From assembly GCF_964204645.1 (NCBI RefSeq), contig NC_134028.1, positions 11,641,263 to 11,705,262 of the forward strand: DNA of 64,000 bases. The letters run 5' to 3'. The DNA comes from Tubulanus polymorphus (Eukaryota; Animalia; Nemertea). Each line of letters begins with the position of its first letter. The first letter of the stretch is position 1. Shown in pieces: positions 1 to 15,000 of this stretch. The position numbers were made by a program, and so were the translations under genes. Below the pieces are notes generated by a model. It was not told the DNA's origin. It saw only the letters and a program-made list of their open reading frames with translations, and did not search any database.

Positions 1-2055
1 CCTGGGAGATCAGCAGGATAGAGTCGACACAACACAGAGCGGATATTTTCGGCTCATGATTGGGCTACTACTTGAGCTTGATACATCTTTCATGGACATC
101 TTCCATTGCTGGTATATGGTTAAATATATCATCTTAGGCTGAGTTTTTCATCCAAACTTTGGAATTTTGTAGAGAAATTTACATAGCTCAATCAGTATTA
201 ACAAGCCACCCATTATTCTTAACTTTTTTCAACAATACAGATGAGGAAATCTAAACCAATCAAATGCGGCGATGTTATTAACCTTGACTGCCGGAGCAAT
301 TATAAAATAATATTGGTAGTGCCACATTACAAACATCATTTGATTTAACTACAATTCAAATTACAAAATTACTACTTTAACTTGGGAGAATTCCGAACAA
401 TACATGGTAATGAGTCACCAGTACATGGTACAACAGTTCTTGATAATCATGTCAATGGGAAACCCCTTCTAGAGGGATTTCCAAGTGATGCCCTTCTGTT
501 TGCCCTGTGATGTCATGAAACAAGGTAAAGCATCAATTAGTAGAATTGGGAAAAATTCATTGAAATATTGCACATTTTCTCCCAGCACTTTCTAACTGCT
601 TAGAGCTGATGGATGGAACTTTCCATATCTATTCCAACACCTGTTTCCCTCCTAATGACAAGATATCAGCATTGTATCAGTGCTTCATCTAGCATTAAAA
701 AGGGCAGGGTGCTGATTTCAAATAAGGGCATTTTTGTGCGTGATTCCATTGGTGCAAGGGCACATAACAACGCACTCACATCTGTTTTAGGGGAAACCTG
801 CGATGTTCCGTATTGCATAGCATCGAGGTACCCCCTACTACAATTGAGGACTAGAAACTATGTTTAACTGATTTTGCCATGAGTGACACACTTGACTACA
901 GTACATCCTTACACCTATGCCTGTCAATGAACAAAAGTTAATCAATAGATAGGGCTTTCAAAATGATTTGGAAAACCAGTTGCAGACAAAAAAATTGCAG
1001 AAAAAAGCAATTCCAAAAAGCAAATGATACAGCGAAAAAAAGCCAGCAATAGTGTATAGGCCTACATGAAATTGCATATTCTTAATCTTAGAAATATCAA
1101 ATTAATTGATTTAAATTGATAGTGTTAGTGATTGGCAAGTAACTGTTGATAATTGGTAAGCAGCCAGCTTAAGAACACATTATTGCTATTAGGCTACTCA
1201 AACTAATTGTCTCTGCGAGTCTCTCTGGAGTTCACCGAACAAAGTTTTTCACCTTGTATATATAAAATTTGTCTAACAGTCTAGATAAAAAGATCCAGAG
1301 CATCAGGATGTGTTCAAAACGAAACAATCCATCGAATATACACTACCAGCTTTACAACGGCAGTAGCTAGAATGATTGGCAGTAGTTTGGAAGTCAGCCA
1401 ATTTCCTGGAAACTTAAACTAGGCCACGCATCTGAGGCACGTTTTCACACGATGCACACTGACTGCAGTACATTTAAATATAACCACTGATCACATGAGC
1501 TACTATCATACGAGATATTTCATAGCCGTTGCAGGATTCTTACTAACAATCGGATGCGACGGCTAATTTTGACTCATTACTCACGACTGAAAAGGGCAGG
1601 AGGGCGGACCTACGGCAAGTGATGAGGGCACAAGGGCGAACATGGGACACATCTGAAGGGCACAAGGGCGGCTATTTTCGAGGGCGGGGCGGACCGCCCC
1701 TCTATTTTTGGCTAGATGAAGCACGTGAATACAGTGGTTACAATTTGTGCCACCAAGAGCTAACAGAAAGTTACTCTCAGGACCATTCTATAAGGATTCT
1801 ATATGTAAAAGTGAAAAATGTCGTCATTTTGTTATGACAATTCGGTACGTATGAAATGCCATTTAGAGACCAGAAATTTACCAATATATGTGTATATAAA
1901 ATGCGGATAATGAAATTGCAGCGAAGCAAAGAAAAAACCTTAAACTTATAAGTGGACACCTAACCTCTCCTTCGACACATTGCCTACTTGGGAAGTGGTT
2001 TGAAATGTCCATCCTAAAAAAGCTGACCCCATCTAGTATATTTGTAATAACTTAC

Positions 2056-2160
2056 TTAAGTTTTCCTGTTTGATATATGAGCTTCCGCTGAAATGCAGAA
2101 CAGGGTTCAAGATCCATTGATTCTTCTGTTGAATTGTCAAGAAATTCTTCAACTTTAGAT
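2056..2160 (-). CDS. PARN: PARN coding exon 7 (R3H domain); gene presumably continues beyond the left window edge
   Basis: ttacag| and |gtaagt. Encodes SKVEEFLDNSTEESMDLEPCSAFQRKLIYQTGKL (human LDLEPCTGFQRKLIYQ). Confidence 0.93.
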
Positions 2161-3418
2161 CTGTAACATCCAAAACAGCACTTAATACGTCATTATACAA
2201 GCTATGGGTTCACGGAAACATTGCCCACTTGGTGAAATGCATGATAATCCAACAATTTCAAAATGCAACACCCTGCGGGACAAGATATGCAAAGGTCCTA
2301 ATGTGGCCCACCGAGGTGGACTTAAATGTTTCACAAACTTGATGCTTTTTGATATTGGCTGCATACACTGCACATTGAACGCAGAGATGAGAACGTCGAC
2401 CATTAAAATCTGCGTTTTTTTTCTTTCTTGAATTATACACGTGGCCCAGACATCAGTGCTCACGAGCGCCGAAGGCGCGAAGCAATTTCAGGGGGTTTGG
2501 GGGTCCTCCCCAAGAAAAGCGTTTTCCGAGCACTTAGAGCGACCTTAAACCCATAAACAACTATTATATTTTGGAAAGTATTGGCTATTTCCAATGTGGC
2601 ATATCTTCATTTGATGACAATCAGCATCTCATGCATAACAGGTCTAGCCCTGAATTATTGCAGTTAAAATGCTCACTAAAAATCATCACACAGTGTATAA
2701 TATCTGAAGGCGTTCAACGTGTGCCGCAACAGCAGTAGGTCTATATTCATCACTACTGTTGCCGTGCGCACGTGTCTGCAACTGATTGATAAAACACATA
2801 CACAGTAGTAGACACAAAATCAGTGTTGCAATGCAATACGCGACATATTAAGTAAAACAGGCGCGGAACACTTTTACAGTTCACCCGATTACCAATTGCG
2901 CCAGAACAGCTAAGTGACTGAGACCATCATCACCCCTTCCCTTTTTTTTACATCATATTTGGACTATTTGGAAAAATGATTTTTTTCAATACCGAAATCT
3001 GCGTGGAATCTCATCTCTGTGAAAATCTCTCTATAGTGAACAATGAACACTTTCTTGTACACAAGGTTCAGTTGACTATAGCAATGAGGAAACTGGCTAA
3101 AAAGTCAATCAGCCTATTCAAATCAGTCTACCCAAACACATGTACTTTTTGTGGGTCCACCCATTGGACATAGAAACGATCTTATCAATTTTCTTATTGT
3201 CAGTACTTCGATATCGAGTGATGTACAGAGTACATTAAAACACAATTGAGTGGACGAGCTAAGGGGTCATCCAATTGATTGACGGGTGCATTAAGTGAGA
3301 TCAACATTATCATTGTGATATGCCATGCTACCTGAGGATTTGACGACAAAATGTCCAGTTATTCATATTCAACTAGTTCTGTCAAATGTAAGAGATATTT
3401 TGAATATAAATTTCGTAC

Positions 3419-3605
3419 AGAATACTGTCCACAAATTCCTTTTGTTCATCAGGTATAATAGCAGGACTTTTGGCAGCTGTTGAGTCCCCATCTCCAGATG
3501 GTGTTGTAAAAGCCGGAGATGCATATAAATCCATGTTGAGCTGGTGTTTTTGTTCAAGCCCATTTCGTAACAATTCTTCAGCCTCCTTAGTTAAATATGG
3601 AATTC
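3419..3605 (-). CDS. PARN: PARN coding exon 6
   Basis: atttcag| and |gtacga. Encodes GIPYLTKEAEELLR...PAIIPDEQKEFVDSIL (human GIPYLNQEEE...VTIPEDQKKFIDQV). Confidence 0.92.
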
Positions 3606-6600
3606 CTGAAATTAATAACAAGTAAAATACACGAACCAGTACATTACTTAACTGAATTAAGAAGAGATGGCAAGTAGTCAGGGGAACAATAAATAATAGT
3701 ACAATATAATAGTATTGAAATATAACAAGGGGCCTTGCAAATTTTGGACAAATGACAGGCGCACTAGTAAAAAACACCTACACCAGTAACTCTATGAAGT
3801 TTCATCAAAAGACAAGACGGGGTCCAAGAGAAACTATGCTCACTTGGCAAAATGTTAGACAATCGAACAATTTAAACACCTCCTTATACAAATAATGAGG
3901 AATTGCCTATGCGCGCGCACCTGGCGCTATCATCAATTCAGTTATTTTAAACCAGAAAAGGTTATTGTCATAGACATAGGGACTTGTCGAGTGGAAATTT
4001 TATTTCACAAGGTAATTTGATACTATGTATTACGTCCCCTGCGACCCCAAGACCCTGATCCTGGTATCCAAAAATCATTATTGCACCTATGGGTGACCAT
4101 ACTATGCAATATCAAATAATATTTCCTGCTACCAATGGTTCTTTATGAATTGCGTTTACAAGGTTTCCTGTAAAAGACCTCCATTAACCTTGACCTTCGA
4201 CCCTTGAACTCCAATATCAATATGGCACATCCTCTCCCTGGGGATAATCATACTGGTTGAAATATTGTCCTGCTATCAATGGTTCTTCTTGAATTACATT
4301 TACGTGCTAATGATCTCTAGTGACTTGCCCTTTGAAACCCAAAATTAATAGGGCACATTCTCTCCCTAGGGGTAATCATACTATGTAATATCATTGTCCT
4401 GCTATCAATGGTTCTTCTTGAGTCACGTTCACAAGGTTTCTAACTAGAAAACTTGATACATGTGGTTGGTTCTCCCGCCCCGGTAGGTTTGAATGACAAA
4501 GTTTGTTTTTCATCAGACTGGCTGAGAGACAGTCTGTTCTATAATCATTGAGAATAACCCTGGTAAATCATCCTTTGCTTGTTTACAACAATCAGAGCAC
4601 AGGTTGCCCATGAATATGTCAAAGGCACCGGCATTCCAAAAACTAGAGGACCAAAGCCAAGGTCCTGAAGCTCGAAGTATAAAAGCTTTATCGAATAATT
4701 AGGCAAGGTAAGGATTGAAATTGGATACGATTATAGGGATGAGAATTTTGAGATAGGGAATCATTTACAGCCCCAGTGCATGTTGAATCCATACAGGGAT
4801 GAAAACGGAGTAGTTTGAAAAACGCGGAAATAAGTAAAACTATTAGGCAAACTGCTGGCTTAGCCAGCAGTTGCGAGCACTGAAGGTGCGGAGCCCCTCA
4901 CGGGGAGGGGTGTTTGGAGGCCCTCCCCAAAGAAAATTTTGAAATTTCAAGGGTGCATCTGAGGCCCATTTTCCAGCATTGACTAATTACAAAATAAGAC
5001 TGCTGAAAAGGATGGCTCCGACAATATCCAAATCTTAGATACATAGAGTGATACCAGTTAGGTTCAAATCCGTAGCTGTATGTTTTGGATATTATTAAAG
5101 TGGTTATCACAGTGCGTGGATTGAAATGGAACAATGACTAATTTTATTAATCACACATCTTCCTTGTTGAACGCAACCATAAATTCTAAATATAAATTTG
5201 CAGCGCAGCGCTTTTATATCATTACCAAATACTCCGGGCATAATAGTGTAACATCTGGCAGCTGCACGGACTGCCATTGATTTGTTTTCAATTGTACCTT
5301 GAAGCGTTGACAATTGGATTTGCTGTTTTACCTTGTTCAAAAAAGTGAAATTGAATTGGATTTGATATTTTTTTGCACAAAATTCTTTTTGCATATCAAG
5401 GTCATCCATCCGATTTGAGAAAAAGCTATTTTTCCCGGACTTTGCACAATTGTCAATGATATTTTCTGTAGTGCAAATAAAAATATTCATCCCAAAAAAC
5501 CAAATCAACTTAAGATTTCACAGAAATGGATATTGAAATACAATTTTAGATCTTAAATAAAACCTAAAACCCGGAAGTAATACGGTAGATGATACCGCGG
5601 GTTCACCTGAACCCCTGCTGATCTCTGTGGATAAGCCAATCATAGAGGAGTCTTTGCACTCTGATTGGTTTTTCAAAACCAATATTTTTGCGATCAGATA
5701 TTCGCATAGGTCATATAAATTTCAACGAGGCCCTCTTTCAAAATTCAGCTACGTAGAGTTTGGAGAATGGAAAATGCTTTAATGAATGATTTGTATGAAT
5801 ATATGCTCAGTTGCACAGACAAAGAGCCTTTGCTCTGGAAACCATGTCATTTAAATTCGCTCCATTTGTATAGTAATAGGCTCAGCCAACGGCTGGCCTA
5901 AAAAATGAAGGGACAGATGAAAGATGAAAAGTGGACGCAATAACCGACTGGGATTAAAAGTGGGCTCAAAACCAATTTTTCTCAATGCTTTTGCAATGAA
6001 CTCAAACGTGACCAAAATAGACCAGAAAAAACCAGAAGATCTTCACCCTGCTGTCAGTATTTGATCTGGTTATATCAGGGATGATAACAGACCAATGTTG
6101 AAAAGGCGGAAACGAGCGCCCTAGGCGCGAAGTAATTACGGGGGGTCTGCGGGCCCTCCCCCTGAAAATTTTTGATTTTCACATCGTCTCGGATCGTTTT
6201 TCAGCAATTTTCCGATTGAAATTTCACTCAGCAAAGCCAAAAAATCAAACATCGTTCATGTTTTACACAACACACTGCTAGTTCCAAGACGGCAGGGACA
6301 TAATTGATGCAAAGACAACTATTATGTAACTAGTAGGTTCGAATCCCACATTGATCAATCTTCTTGAAAGCGACGATCACTTGCCCACGCAATAGAAAAT
6401 TGAAATTAGACTTTATTTTCCAGCATCCTTTATTAATGAACTAATATCAGTACTGATATTACAAGTTAGATTTCCATAAAAAAAACTAAAATAGAACAGT
6501 GGGTTATCTTATGAATTTTCTACCAAAGTAAGGTTTGGAAAAATATTCTATAAAACACATGTACGCATCATTACCAATCTAAACATACTACATGTACATA

Positions 6601-6678
6601 GTCAGTACAGTCGGTCGGCATCATTTTATTCAACAAAATACATAAATGTTTTTCCAATAGTGGACAAGCCAGAGATTA

Positions 6679-9603
6679 CTACTTTTTTAATAGTCTTACA
6701 AGTTCCATCTGCTTATGTCTTTTAGCTTGTAGTTGTTTTGCACGCATAGCAGATACATGTGCCTCTCGGGCTTTCTTTGCAGCTGAGATGCACTGTTCGC
6801 GGGTTTTGCGTTTTGAAACTTTCTTAACCTCTTTACCCTGGAGTTCCTCCATACGAGCCGCTTTCTTATCTTTTTCACCCTGCAATTCATCCTTGTATCG
6901 TTTAGCTGCAGTGTTCATATTTTTAACGAGATTTGGACACACAGGGTCATGAAGAATATCTTCTCAATTTGAAAAAGTCTACAGCTGACGTTTTGCCTAA
7001 TCCGTATTTCACACTATGGATTGCACTGAAAGATTTGACATGAAGTCTATTGGTTGTGCTGTTCAGAATTTCGCCCATAATGCTAAACGAGCTCTCGACA
7101 ACTGAGCAACTGAAACAGCTTAGTAAAGAAATACCATGCGACAGAGGTATGGATATTTGCCCAAATCATGTACAGCAGCCCACCAGGAATCGATTCTAAC
7201 TTGCTTTCCATCTTTATCAACTGCTGCAGGCAGACTGGAATCCGAGTGGAATTTATGCACTTCTAATTTATAACAGTTGATCTCCGTCTCATTAGCCAGA
7301 ACATTGACGACTAATGGGAGTTTTTTCATATATTTCAGTGCCGTTTCAAGTCGCTGGCATTTTTGGTCTATTGCCGAGATATACCGGAGAAGTTTATTGT
7401 CGATAGGCATTTTTTTAGCGAGGTACTGGGCAGTATTGAGATAGGCCCTCTCGACACGATCACGAAAGTCTTTGACAAACTGGGATGATTTATTTTCCTC
7501 CGCAATTATTTGGGATGCAGATTCGCCTATGAACATCTCAGTGGTTGGCAGGAGGTTTTCTGAGATTATCAGAGAAGACAACTTTCGATCCGATTCAGGA
7601 ATCACAGATGGTTTAACACAAAGAAAAAAGAAATCCCTGAATAATTGACATTGCTCATCATTGAGCTTGTGGACACATGGCTCTTCAACAGTTTGGAATA
7701 AGAGTACATATCTTTTTAGAACTGGCAATACCGCCGCGTAAAAATGCACATAAAGCTTACGCTTTTTACGCTGAATGATGAGTTTATCGAAAATTCGTAG
7801 CTTTCTTTCTTTTCCTTCCACTGTCAGATTTTTTCCATTTGGCGGCAGCAGCAACATAGATTTTTTCAATCGCATCTTTCGTGGGTTCAGACAAGTTAAA
7901 TTTGCGAAATATGTCAACACATACACGATTTACAGCCAAATACACGATTTTGACTTTCTGTATAAATCCATAGTACAGCAGTTATTAATATACAATACAG
8001 GAATTTTTATTTCAACGCCGGCGCGGTCCATTGCTAATAGGATAACGATTCTCATAGTTTTCACGTTAGATGATTGATTTTTTTTACACACACAATCTGA
8101 TCGTACATCGTAGCGATATAAAAATAGAACGCTTTTACGGTTCGGTTCGCCTATGTTATCGCTAACAATGTCTGATTCAGAGAGAATGTCACAGAGTCCA
8201 CCCCCCCCCCCCATTTCTCAACGGATTTGCACTGATCTCAAGAATGATAAAAATGGCCCCTTGTCCGCGGAAATCCGCGGAAGATTTTCATCCCTGAAGG
8301 TCTGACGCCGCATCATGGACCGATAGCCATCGGGTTCCAACGTACCGCTCGGGCAATCGAAAACCCAATGCCCAAGAGCTCAAGGATAATTTGGAGCCAG
8401 TTTTCTATGTCCTTAGAAAAATGCAAATCACTTGCAATATTGGTTATCAATTTCTCTATGAATCCATCAAATTCTTGTGAAATGTTTCGCGGCGTTGTGA
8501 GTGTGATGTATCGAATCACCGTCGATGTCAAGCAAATGCTGGGCCAAATTATCCTTTATTAACATCTCCAAGCCAGTTTTACTACCTCTCATGACGTTAC
8601 AGCTGTCGAGGAGGACAGACATTAATCGGTTATAATCTTAATCACGCTGCTGGAAAACCTCAACCAAAGCACTATAAACAGATGCGCTAGTGGTAGAAAT
8701 AAGATTACATGAGGCCAAATGTCTGACAAAAACTTGTCTCTCCTTCTCACTAAAGTAACGGACAAGGATCGACAGAACTTTTTTTGTGGATTGGCTTGTA
8801 GCCTCGTCGATGTTTAGTGAATAGAACGTATTTCTGAGTTCATCCGCTAACTGTTCTTCGGTGGTGTGCGCCAGACCCAGTCGCATCTTATATGAAGCCG
8901 TTAAACGACCCATAGACAATTTGCTTAATGCTGCCCAATCCATGGCAAGTGTTTTTGCCAACTCAATCAATTTTGGAGACTGAGAAAACGGCAATGAGTT
9001 TTCAGCTATATATGAAAGAACTAAAGCCTCCTGGCTTACGACCCGGTCCGATATTGGGACTTTAGGTTTAGCGGTCGTCGTAACGGCCTGTTGTTCATTA
9101 TTCAGATTTTGGAATATTGGGCAGATCCCGTAAGATCGACCAACATCGGCTCCCGAACTACCTGAAAGTGAATGCAAATTCTAGTTCTTTATTCGGTTTG
9201 ATTTTACACTTTAAGAAAAACTTGAAAATCGTCTAATTTCATTTACAAAAATAAACTTGTGTGGTATGTGAACGTAGGCCTACTTGCCTGGAAGTACGTA
9301 ATTAGATCTCCATTCTTTGACGATGTCAACGTGTTTCTGTGTTTTAGCGTGGTTTTCAAGCGCAATTCGACCCTTTCTTCCGTATTTTATTTCTGTTTGG
9401 CACCAGAGACAATAAGCTTTCCCCGGTATGTCTATCTTCCTCACAAAGTCGGCGAGAGGAATCCCATCCACCGTTTTCTCCAGCCAATCCCACTTCCATA
9501 CGTTTTTTTTAAATTCTTTATGGTCGACTGTCCTAGGGTCAATCGTCCCAACTCTCTCAACAATTTTCCACATGATTCTATATCGCAATGTCACACTACG
9601 CAC
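6679..9603 (-). pseudogene. hAT transposase pseudogene
   Basis: Fragments: BED-like Zn finger (AYCLWC...LENHAKTQKH), YSLNIDEAT catalytic region, IDSWW...KYPYL dimerisation region, basic tail. It has frameshifts, stops and an internal insertion. Confidence 0.82.
7885..8296. mobile_element. Terminal fragment of a related hAT element inside the transposase
   Basis: Ends in TTTTCATCCCTG, preceded by a C-run/TCAACGGAT/GCGGAAATCCGC block like 9830-9914. The left boundary is approximate. Confidence 0.6.
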
Positions 9604-10012
9604 ACGTGTTTAAAATACAAGCATGTACGTATTAAAAACAACCACCACTCGGTGAAAAATCAATAATGTAGATACATGTGCATATATCCAGACACGCGGT
9701 CGGCCAGCCGACAGAGAAAACTTTGTACGTATACAAATGCCGCTGAATGATCGCATTTAAAAATATATCCGGAAACGCTTTTATGGTCATGCCAATCTAT
9801 CCTTACAATGCTGGAAAACCAGTCATCATCCTAGCCCCCCCCCCATTTTTTCAACGGATATGAATTGATTGAAAAGGCGGAAATCCGCCGATCGGCGGAA
9901 AATTATCATCCCTGTTATATGTTGTTTCAATAGAGAATGATCTAAGCTTTTCACTTGAATCATGAACAAAGTTTTTCTGGCTTACTTATTAAAACAAGCA
10001 CTCTGTTATTAC

Positions 10013-10155
10013 CTTCATGAAAAACCTTGTTAAAATCAAAGCCTTGACTTGACAGAAAATCAATACTTGAACTCTGACATTGAAATCTCTGATCAGGAGC
10101 TTGCCTGCTGAATGGTCGAGGGAACACAAAGAAATTGAACGCTTTGCAAAAGTAC
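10013..10155 (-). CDS. PARN: PARN coding exon 5
   Basis: ctttcag| and |gtaata. Encodes [48 protein letters not shown] (human FNFYVFPKPF...[20 protein letters not shown]). Confidence 0.95.
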
Positions 10156-10194
10156 CTGAAAGTAGTAACATTTATATAGAGCGCATGAACGTAA

Positions 10195-11436
10195 AAGTGG
10201 TCATGAAGAGGTTTTGAAAAATATTTTTAAATCTAATTTTTTTCGTATAAAACATGCACCGTATGCATCTATAGTAGTCTCGTGAAAAAATTTTTTAAAT
10301 ATCTTTATCCAAACTCGAGAAAAGCCCGTAGCAATGGCCCTAGCAACAGGACGCTCGCGTTTGTGCGGTGATGTTGATGACGTCATTCTGAGAACACTTC
10401 CTCTACAGCACACTCAGAAGCGTTATAATACAATGTTCATTTTCGCTGAATATCGCGCTAATTTACCGTCTTTTGAAATGCCTTAGCTGTGTGTAGCTAT
10501 GAATTGTTCCCACAAAGGCAGCGACAAATTTTAGTAGCCAAAACCAAAGATTTGGCCCTAAGATGATGGACCGTAAGAGCGAACACCCAGCATATGTGTA
10601 AAGAGGCTTCACACTTTTTAAGGGAAGGATTCTCGCAAATATTACGGCACACATAAACTTGGATACAAAAAACTTATGTTTTTATCATCTGAGAGCCTTT
10701 TATTCTGCCAAGTGACGCTATTTCTGTGAATTTAATACCTAGTAGTTAAGACTGAAGAGATACGCGCTTTCCACATATAGTACTGGCTTTCCCCAGTGAC
10801 CCACATCGCTGTAGTTTGTACAACATACTGACTGTATGTACACATTACTATTACACGGCCGGGATGGCGCAGGCTGGGCTGGGATTCACGAACAAGTTTA
10901 CGGTTTCAGAACGCTTTTATGGTCCAGTACTGGATAAAAATATCTCTACCCACAGAAATATCTGCGATGTCTATAAAGTCATCCCCTCCCCATGGTTTTT
11001 ACAAATAGGGAATGACTTAAATGATGAATGCTCGCTGCTCCACGACCTAGAAATATGCTGTACTACAGTCAGAAATTGCTTCATTCTGAGGCATCAGTCC
11101 AAATTAAATGGAATGATTTTGACTGTCTTTTAATAAAAACTGTTGGCTTCCTAAACTTCAGACATTTGATTGGAATCTGATGTATTTGAGTCACTATTTT
11201 GCACTTAATTCGCTGTTTGTTTCTATACACTACACCATGTTGTTTTGGCTTGGGTTCTCAGAATGACGTCACATTTCCGGGTTGGGAAGGAATCAGCGCG
11301 GCCGATCAAAAGTCTCGTTTTAACACTAATTAAAGAATTAAGAATTAATTTCTCGACCACTAAATCAATAAATAAGTTATAATTGGTGATGACAAAAACT
11401 TTTAGCCATATCTCAAAAACCTCTTCATGACCCCTT
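10195..11436. mobile_element. Non-autonomous Kolobok-like TIR element
   Basis: TIRs GGTCATGAAGAGGTTTTGA and TCAAAAACCTCTTCATGACC, with TTAA at the right end. An internal inverted pair GACGTCATTCTGAGAAC (~10379 and ~11254) is present. Confidence 0.6.
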
Positions 11437-11494
11437 TAAGACATTGAAAATATCAGAGAAAATAATACATGAGGCTATAAGGCCAATTACATAC

Positions 11495-11562
11495 TTTTTC
11501 AGAGTACTGTTGTAAGTGAATGTGCAAAGTCCAAATTGACACAACAAAAAATCCATTGCTCC
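11495..11562 (-). CDS. PARN: PARN coding exon 4
   Basis: ctttcag| and |gtatgt. Encodes GAMDFLLCQFGLCTFTYNSTLKK (human SMDFLLFQFGLCTFKY). Confidence 0.93.
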
Positions 11563-12022
11563 CTGAAAGATATTTCATAACAATTTATTTCAGTCTAGTA
11601 CCTTGTATCAGTATCTGGTAATTGTACCAAAAAATCAATTCTATAACCTGAGATTGCCTGCCCGAAAACCATCAAATTGATAGAGTCTACTAATATTGAA
11701 AACATCGATTTATATAATGTGCATTAAAAAACATCATCACCATTTTACCAAAATTTCCATCATGCAAATTTCTTGATATTCAAGGCTCCAAAATCAATTT
11801 TCTAGACTTAAGTGCTGAAATCAAGGCTTTTCAAGGCTTTGTTTTGGATAATTCTAGGATTTCAAGGCCCACTACGAACCCTGTAGACTCAGCCACGGCA
11901 CAAAACCCTGTCACATTTAACTAGATGGGCAGGTTTAACCAGCTCCATGAGACGAAATGACAATTTCATCATATTTCATTTCATATTCTAGCAGGCCCCG
12001 CGAAAGAATGGCCAATTCTTAA

Positions 12023-15000
12023 TTAGGGTTTCTGCTGCTTTCGCAGAAACCCTCTTGTTATTCTGTTGATTATTATTTTTATCATAAATTTTCCACTTTC
12101 CAGCCAAAAATGTTTCATAAACTGTAACTCCTCTCAGATTTGACTACTAACAGCTAATAAACGTAATTTTAAATTATAAAAGTAATATAACTCAGCGCCT
12201 GAACATTGCGTATTGTAATTTATTATGAATTAATTCTGCATAATTATTGGGTCTAAAGAGCAAATAAGAATGCCGCAAGCATCATCATCCATTGATAAAT
12301 GTACATCCCGAAAAGCCTACAAATTACCGAACGAACTTGAACTTCAAACTCAACCGTAAATCACGGATTCGGACTAACATCAGTCCGGATCCTTTATTTC
12401 CTACGAACAATAACTACAGCAGTGCGCAACGAAACAACATGGCGGATGATAAAAATCATTTTCGGCTAAAATTTATCGCCAGTTTTAGGACATTAATCAA
12501 TTTCACGGAACCATGATCAAAATGAGTCAATTGATTAATTCTATTTGAAATGAGTCAATTGATTAATTCTATTCGTAAATCAATTGACATAGGCTACATT
12601 TCCTGAAGATTTCTGTCTCAAATCAAGTATTATGGACAGAAATAGCCATGCGGAATATCCATGCGGAATATTACTTCCGCGTTTACTCGACGACTCAGAT
12701 CAATGACAACGATGGCAGAAGAGTTTATGTTATTAAAGGTGAGAATCCCTTAACCAGGGAATGTTTTACATGATTTATTGAGTACATATGGTAGCAAATG
12801 ATTACTCAATGAAGCAATGATAATTGTTGGCTACCCGGTATCTACGGTCTTAATGCCTAAATTTAGCTAGCTTCTTTGGGGGGATACGCCTAGAATAGAT
12901 TGAGGCACTAAATGTAGTTTGAAGAGCCAGTGGAAATTGAAATTGAAATTTATTTTCATTACGATGTTACATTATTGAACGTTATAATAATTATGATTAG
13001 ACGAAGAAAAATGTAACAGGATAATGGGGCTACATGGAGAGACTGAAACAGTCTATCTAAGCCGTATCACCCAGAAGCATCCACACCACATTCATCACAC
13101 TCACACATCATGCACACAAGTAATTAACAGGCGAAAAGAAAAAAAAAAGTTTCACATATTACACATTAACATAGGTTTGTATAGAATGAAAATTTACTAA
13201 GTGTTGAATAATGATTTAATGTAGGTACACTTAAAGGCAGGTTCGCTTTGAATAGTTTGAATTGATTCAGATAGAGTATTCCATAATAGGGGACCGGATA
13301 TTTTGACAGAAGATTTTCTAGTAACAGTTCTAAAATAAGGCAATCTAATTCTAAATCTATTACGCGTAGGTTTACTATGAATTTGATAATTGAAGTTCCA
13401 ATAGTTGTGAAAGGTCCTTGGCAATTTTGAATTGACGAATTTATGTACAAAAATAGCTAGTAGGAGTTTGTTAATATTCTTAATTTTAAGTATATTAAAC
13501 CCAGCAAAAATTGGATCAGTGTGTTCTAAATAATGGGATTTGCTGACCAAACGGACAGCACATTTTTGTAGAATTGTTAATGGATGCAGTTTATAATCAG
13601 AAGTTCTTCCCCAAACAATGTTACAATATTGAAGATATGGGTCTATTAAGGATAAATACAAGGTACGTAAAGAATTGGAAGACAACTTGTGTTTAAAACG
13701 ATGAAGAACGCCAACACAATGAGACACTTTTTTACATACAGATTTTATGTGATCATCCCATGACAGTTTTTCATCTATTAAAACCCCCAAAAAATTGGTA
13801 GTGTGGACACGTTCAATTTCATGATCATCGATATAAATCTTTGTATTACCAACAAAAGTTTTACTAAATATAATATAATAAGTTTTACTAATATTAATTG
13901 ATAACTTGTTGGCACAAAACCAAACAACTAGTTTCGAAAGTTCAGTATTGATCGTTTTTATCAGGCGGTCAACGAGATGATCACTATAGAAAGCATTCGT
14001 GTCATCAGCAAATAAAATTAACTTTAGGATGCACGAGTACAGTCGTTTATGTATAGTGTAAATAGTAATGGACCTAAAATGGAGCCCTGTGGTACTCCAA
14101 TATCAATATCTAAAGTGGTAGAATTAGTATCTATAATCTGGACTATTTGTTTGCGATCTTTTAAGTAATTTTGAAACCAATTAAGTACTGTGCCTTTAAT
14201 ACCATAATGATTAAGTTTATCCAAAAGAATACGGTGATTTACTGTGTCGAAAGCTTTAAACAAATCCAAAAATTTTCCAATCGTTGTTTTTCTTTCCTCA
14301 ATATTGGCTGCTATTTCATCAGATATACGAGTTAATGCCATTGATGTTGAGTAATTTTTCCTAAATCCAAATTGGTTATGATCAATAATTTCAAATTTAT
14401 CACAAAAAGCGACCAAACGTTTATGAACGAGTTTTTCTAGTATCTTAGAAAAATATGGTAAAATAGATAAGGGTCGATAATTGTCAAAGGAATCGCATTT
14501 ACCTTTTTTATACAGAGGGCACACCCGAGCAATTTTGAGTTCAGCAGGGACCACTCCAGATTGAAGGCTATTGTTGAATATATGAGTAAGTGGATATTTA
14601 ATAACATCAATAATTCTTTTAACTATTTTCATAGAGATCCCGTCAATGCCAATACCTTTATTTCCAGAGAATTTATTTACTATTTCATCAATTTCTAGTG
14701 AGTTTGTTGGGAAGAAAAAGAAGTTTTCATTATTAGGACGATTTAAATAAAAACTGAAATGTTTTTCAGACTCGGGGATCATATTTGCTAAAGGATGTAC
14801 GATATTAACAAAAAAAGTATTAAACTCATTTGCAATGTTTAAACTACCACTGACAGTTACGTTGCTTAGCTTAAAGGAAGCTAGTAGTTGTTCTTTGACG
14901 GAGTTACTTCCAATTACTGTTTTTAAGATTTTCCACGTAGCTTTCATATTATTCTTTACACCAAATAACTGAGTATAATAGTAACCTTTTTCAACAGTTT

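Larger units (their letters stand above)
6076..9914 (-). mobile_element. hAT-like DNA transposon (decayed) in PARN intron 5
   Basis: TIRs CAGGGATGATAA (6076) and TTATCATCCCTG (ends 9914). The flanks share TTATAT, only 6 of the 8 bp expected. A fragmented transposase lies inside. Confidence 0.8.

Noticed and set aside
3382-3777. 131-aa membrane-protein ORF
   Set aside because: Only 3419-3605 is coding (PARN exon 6); the hydrophobic part is translated intron.
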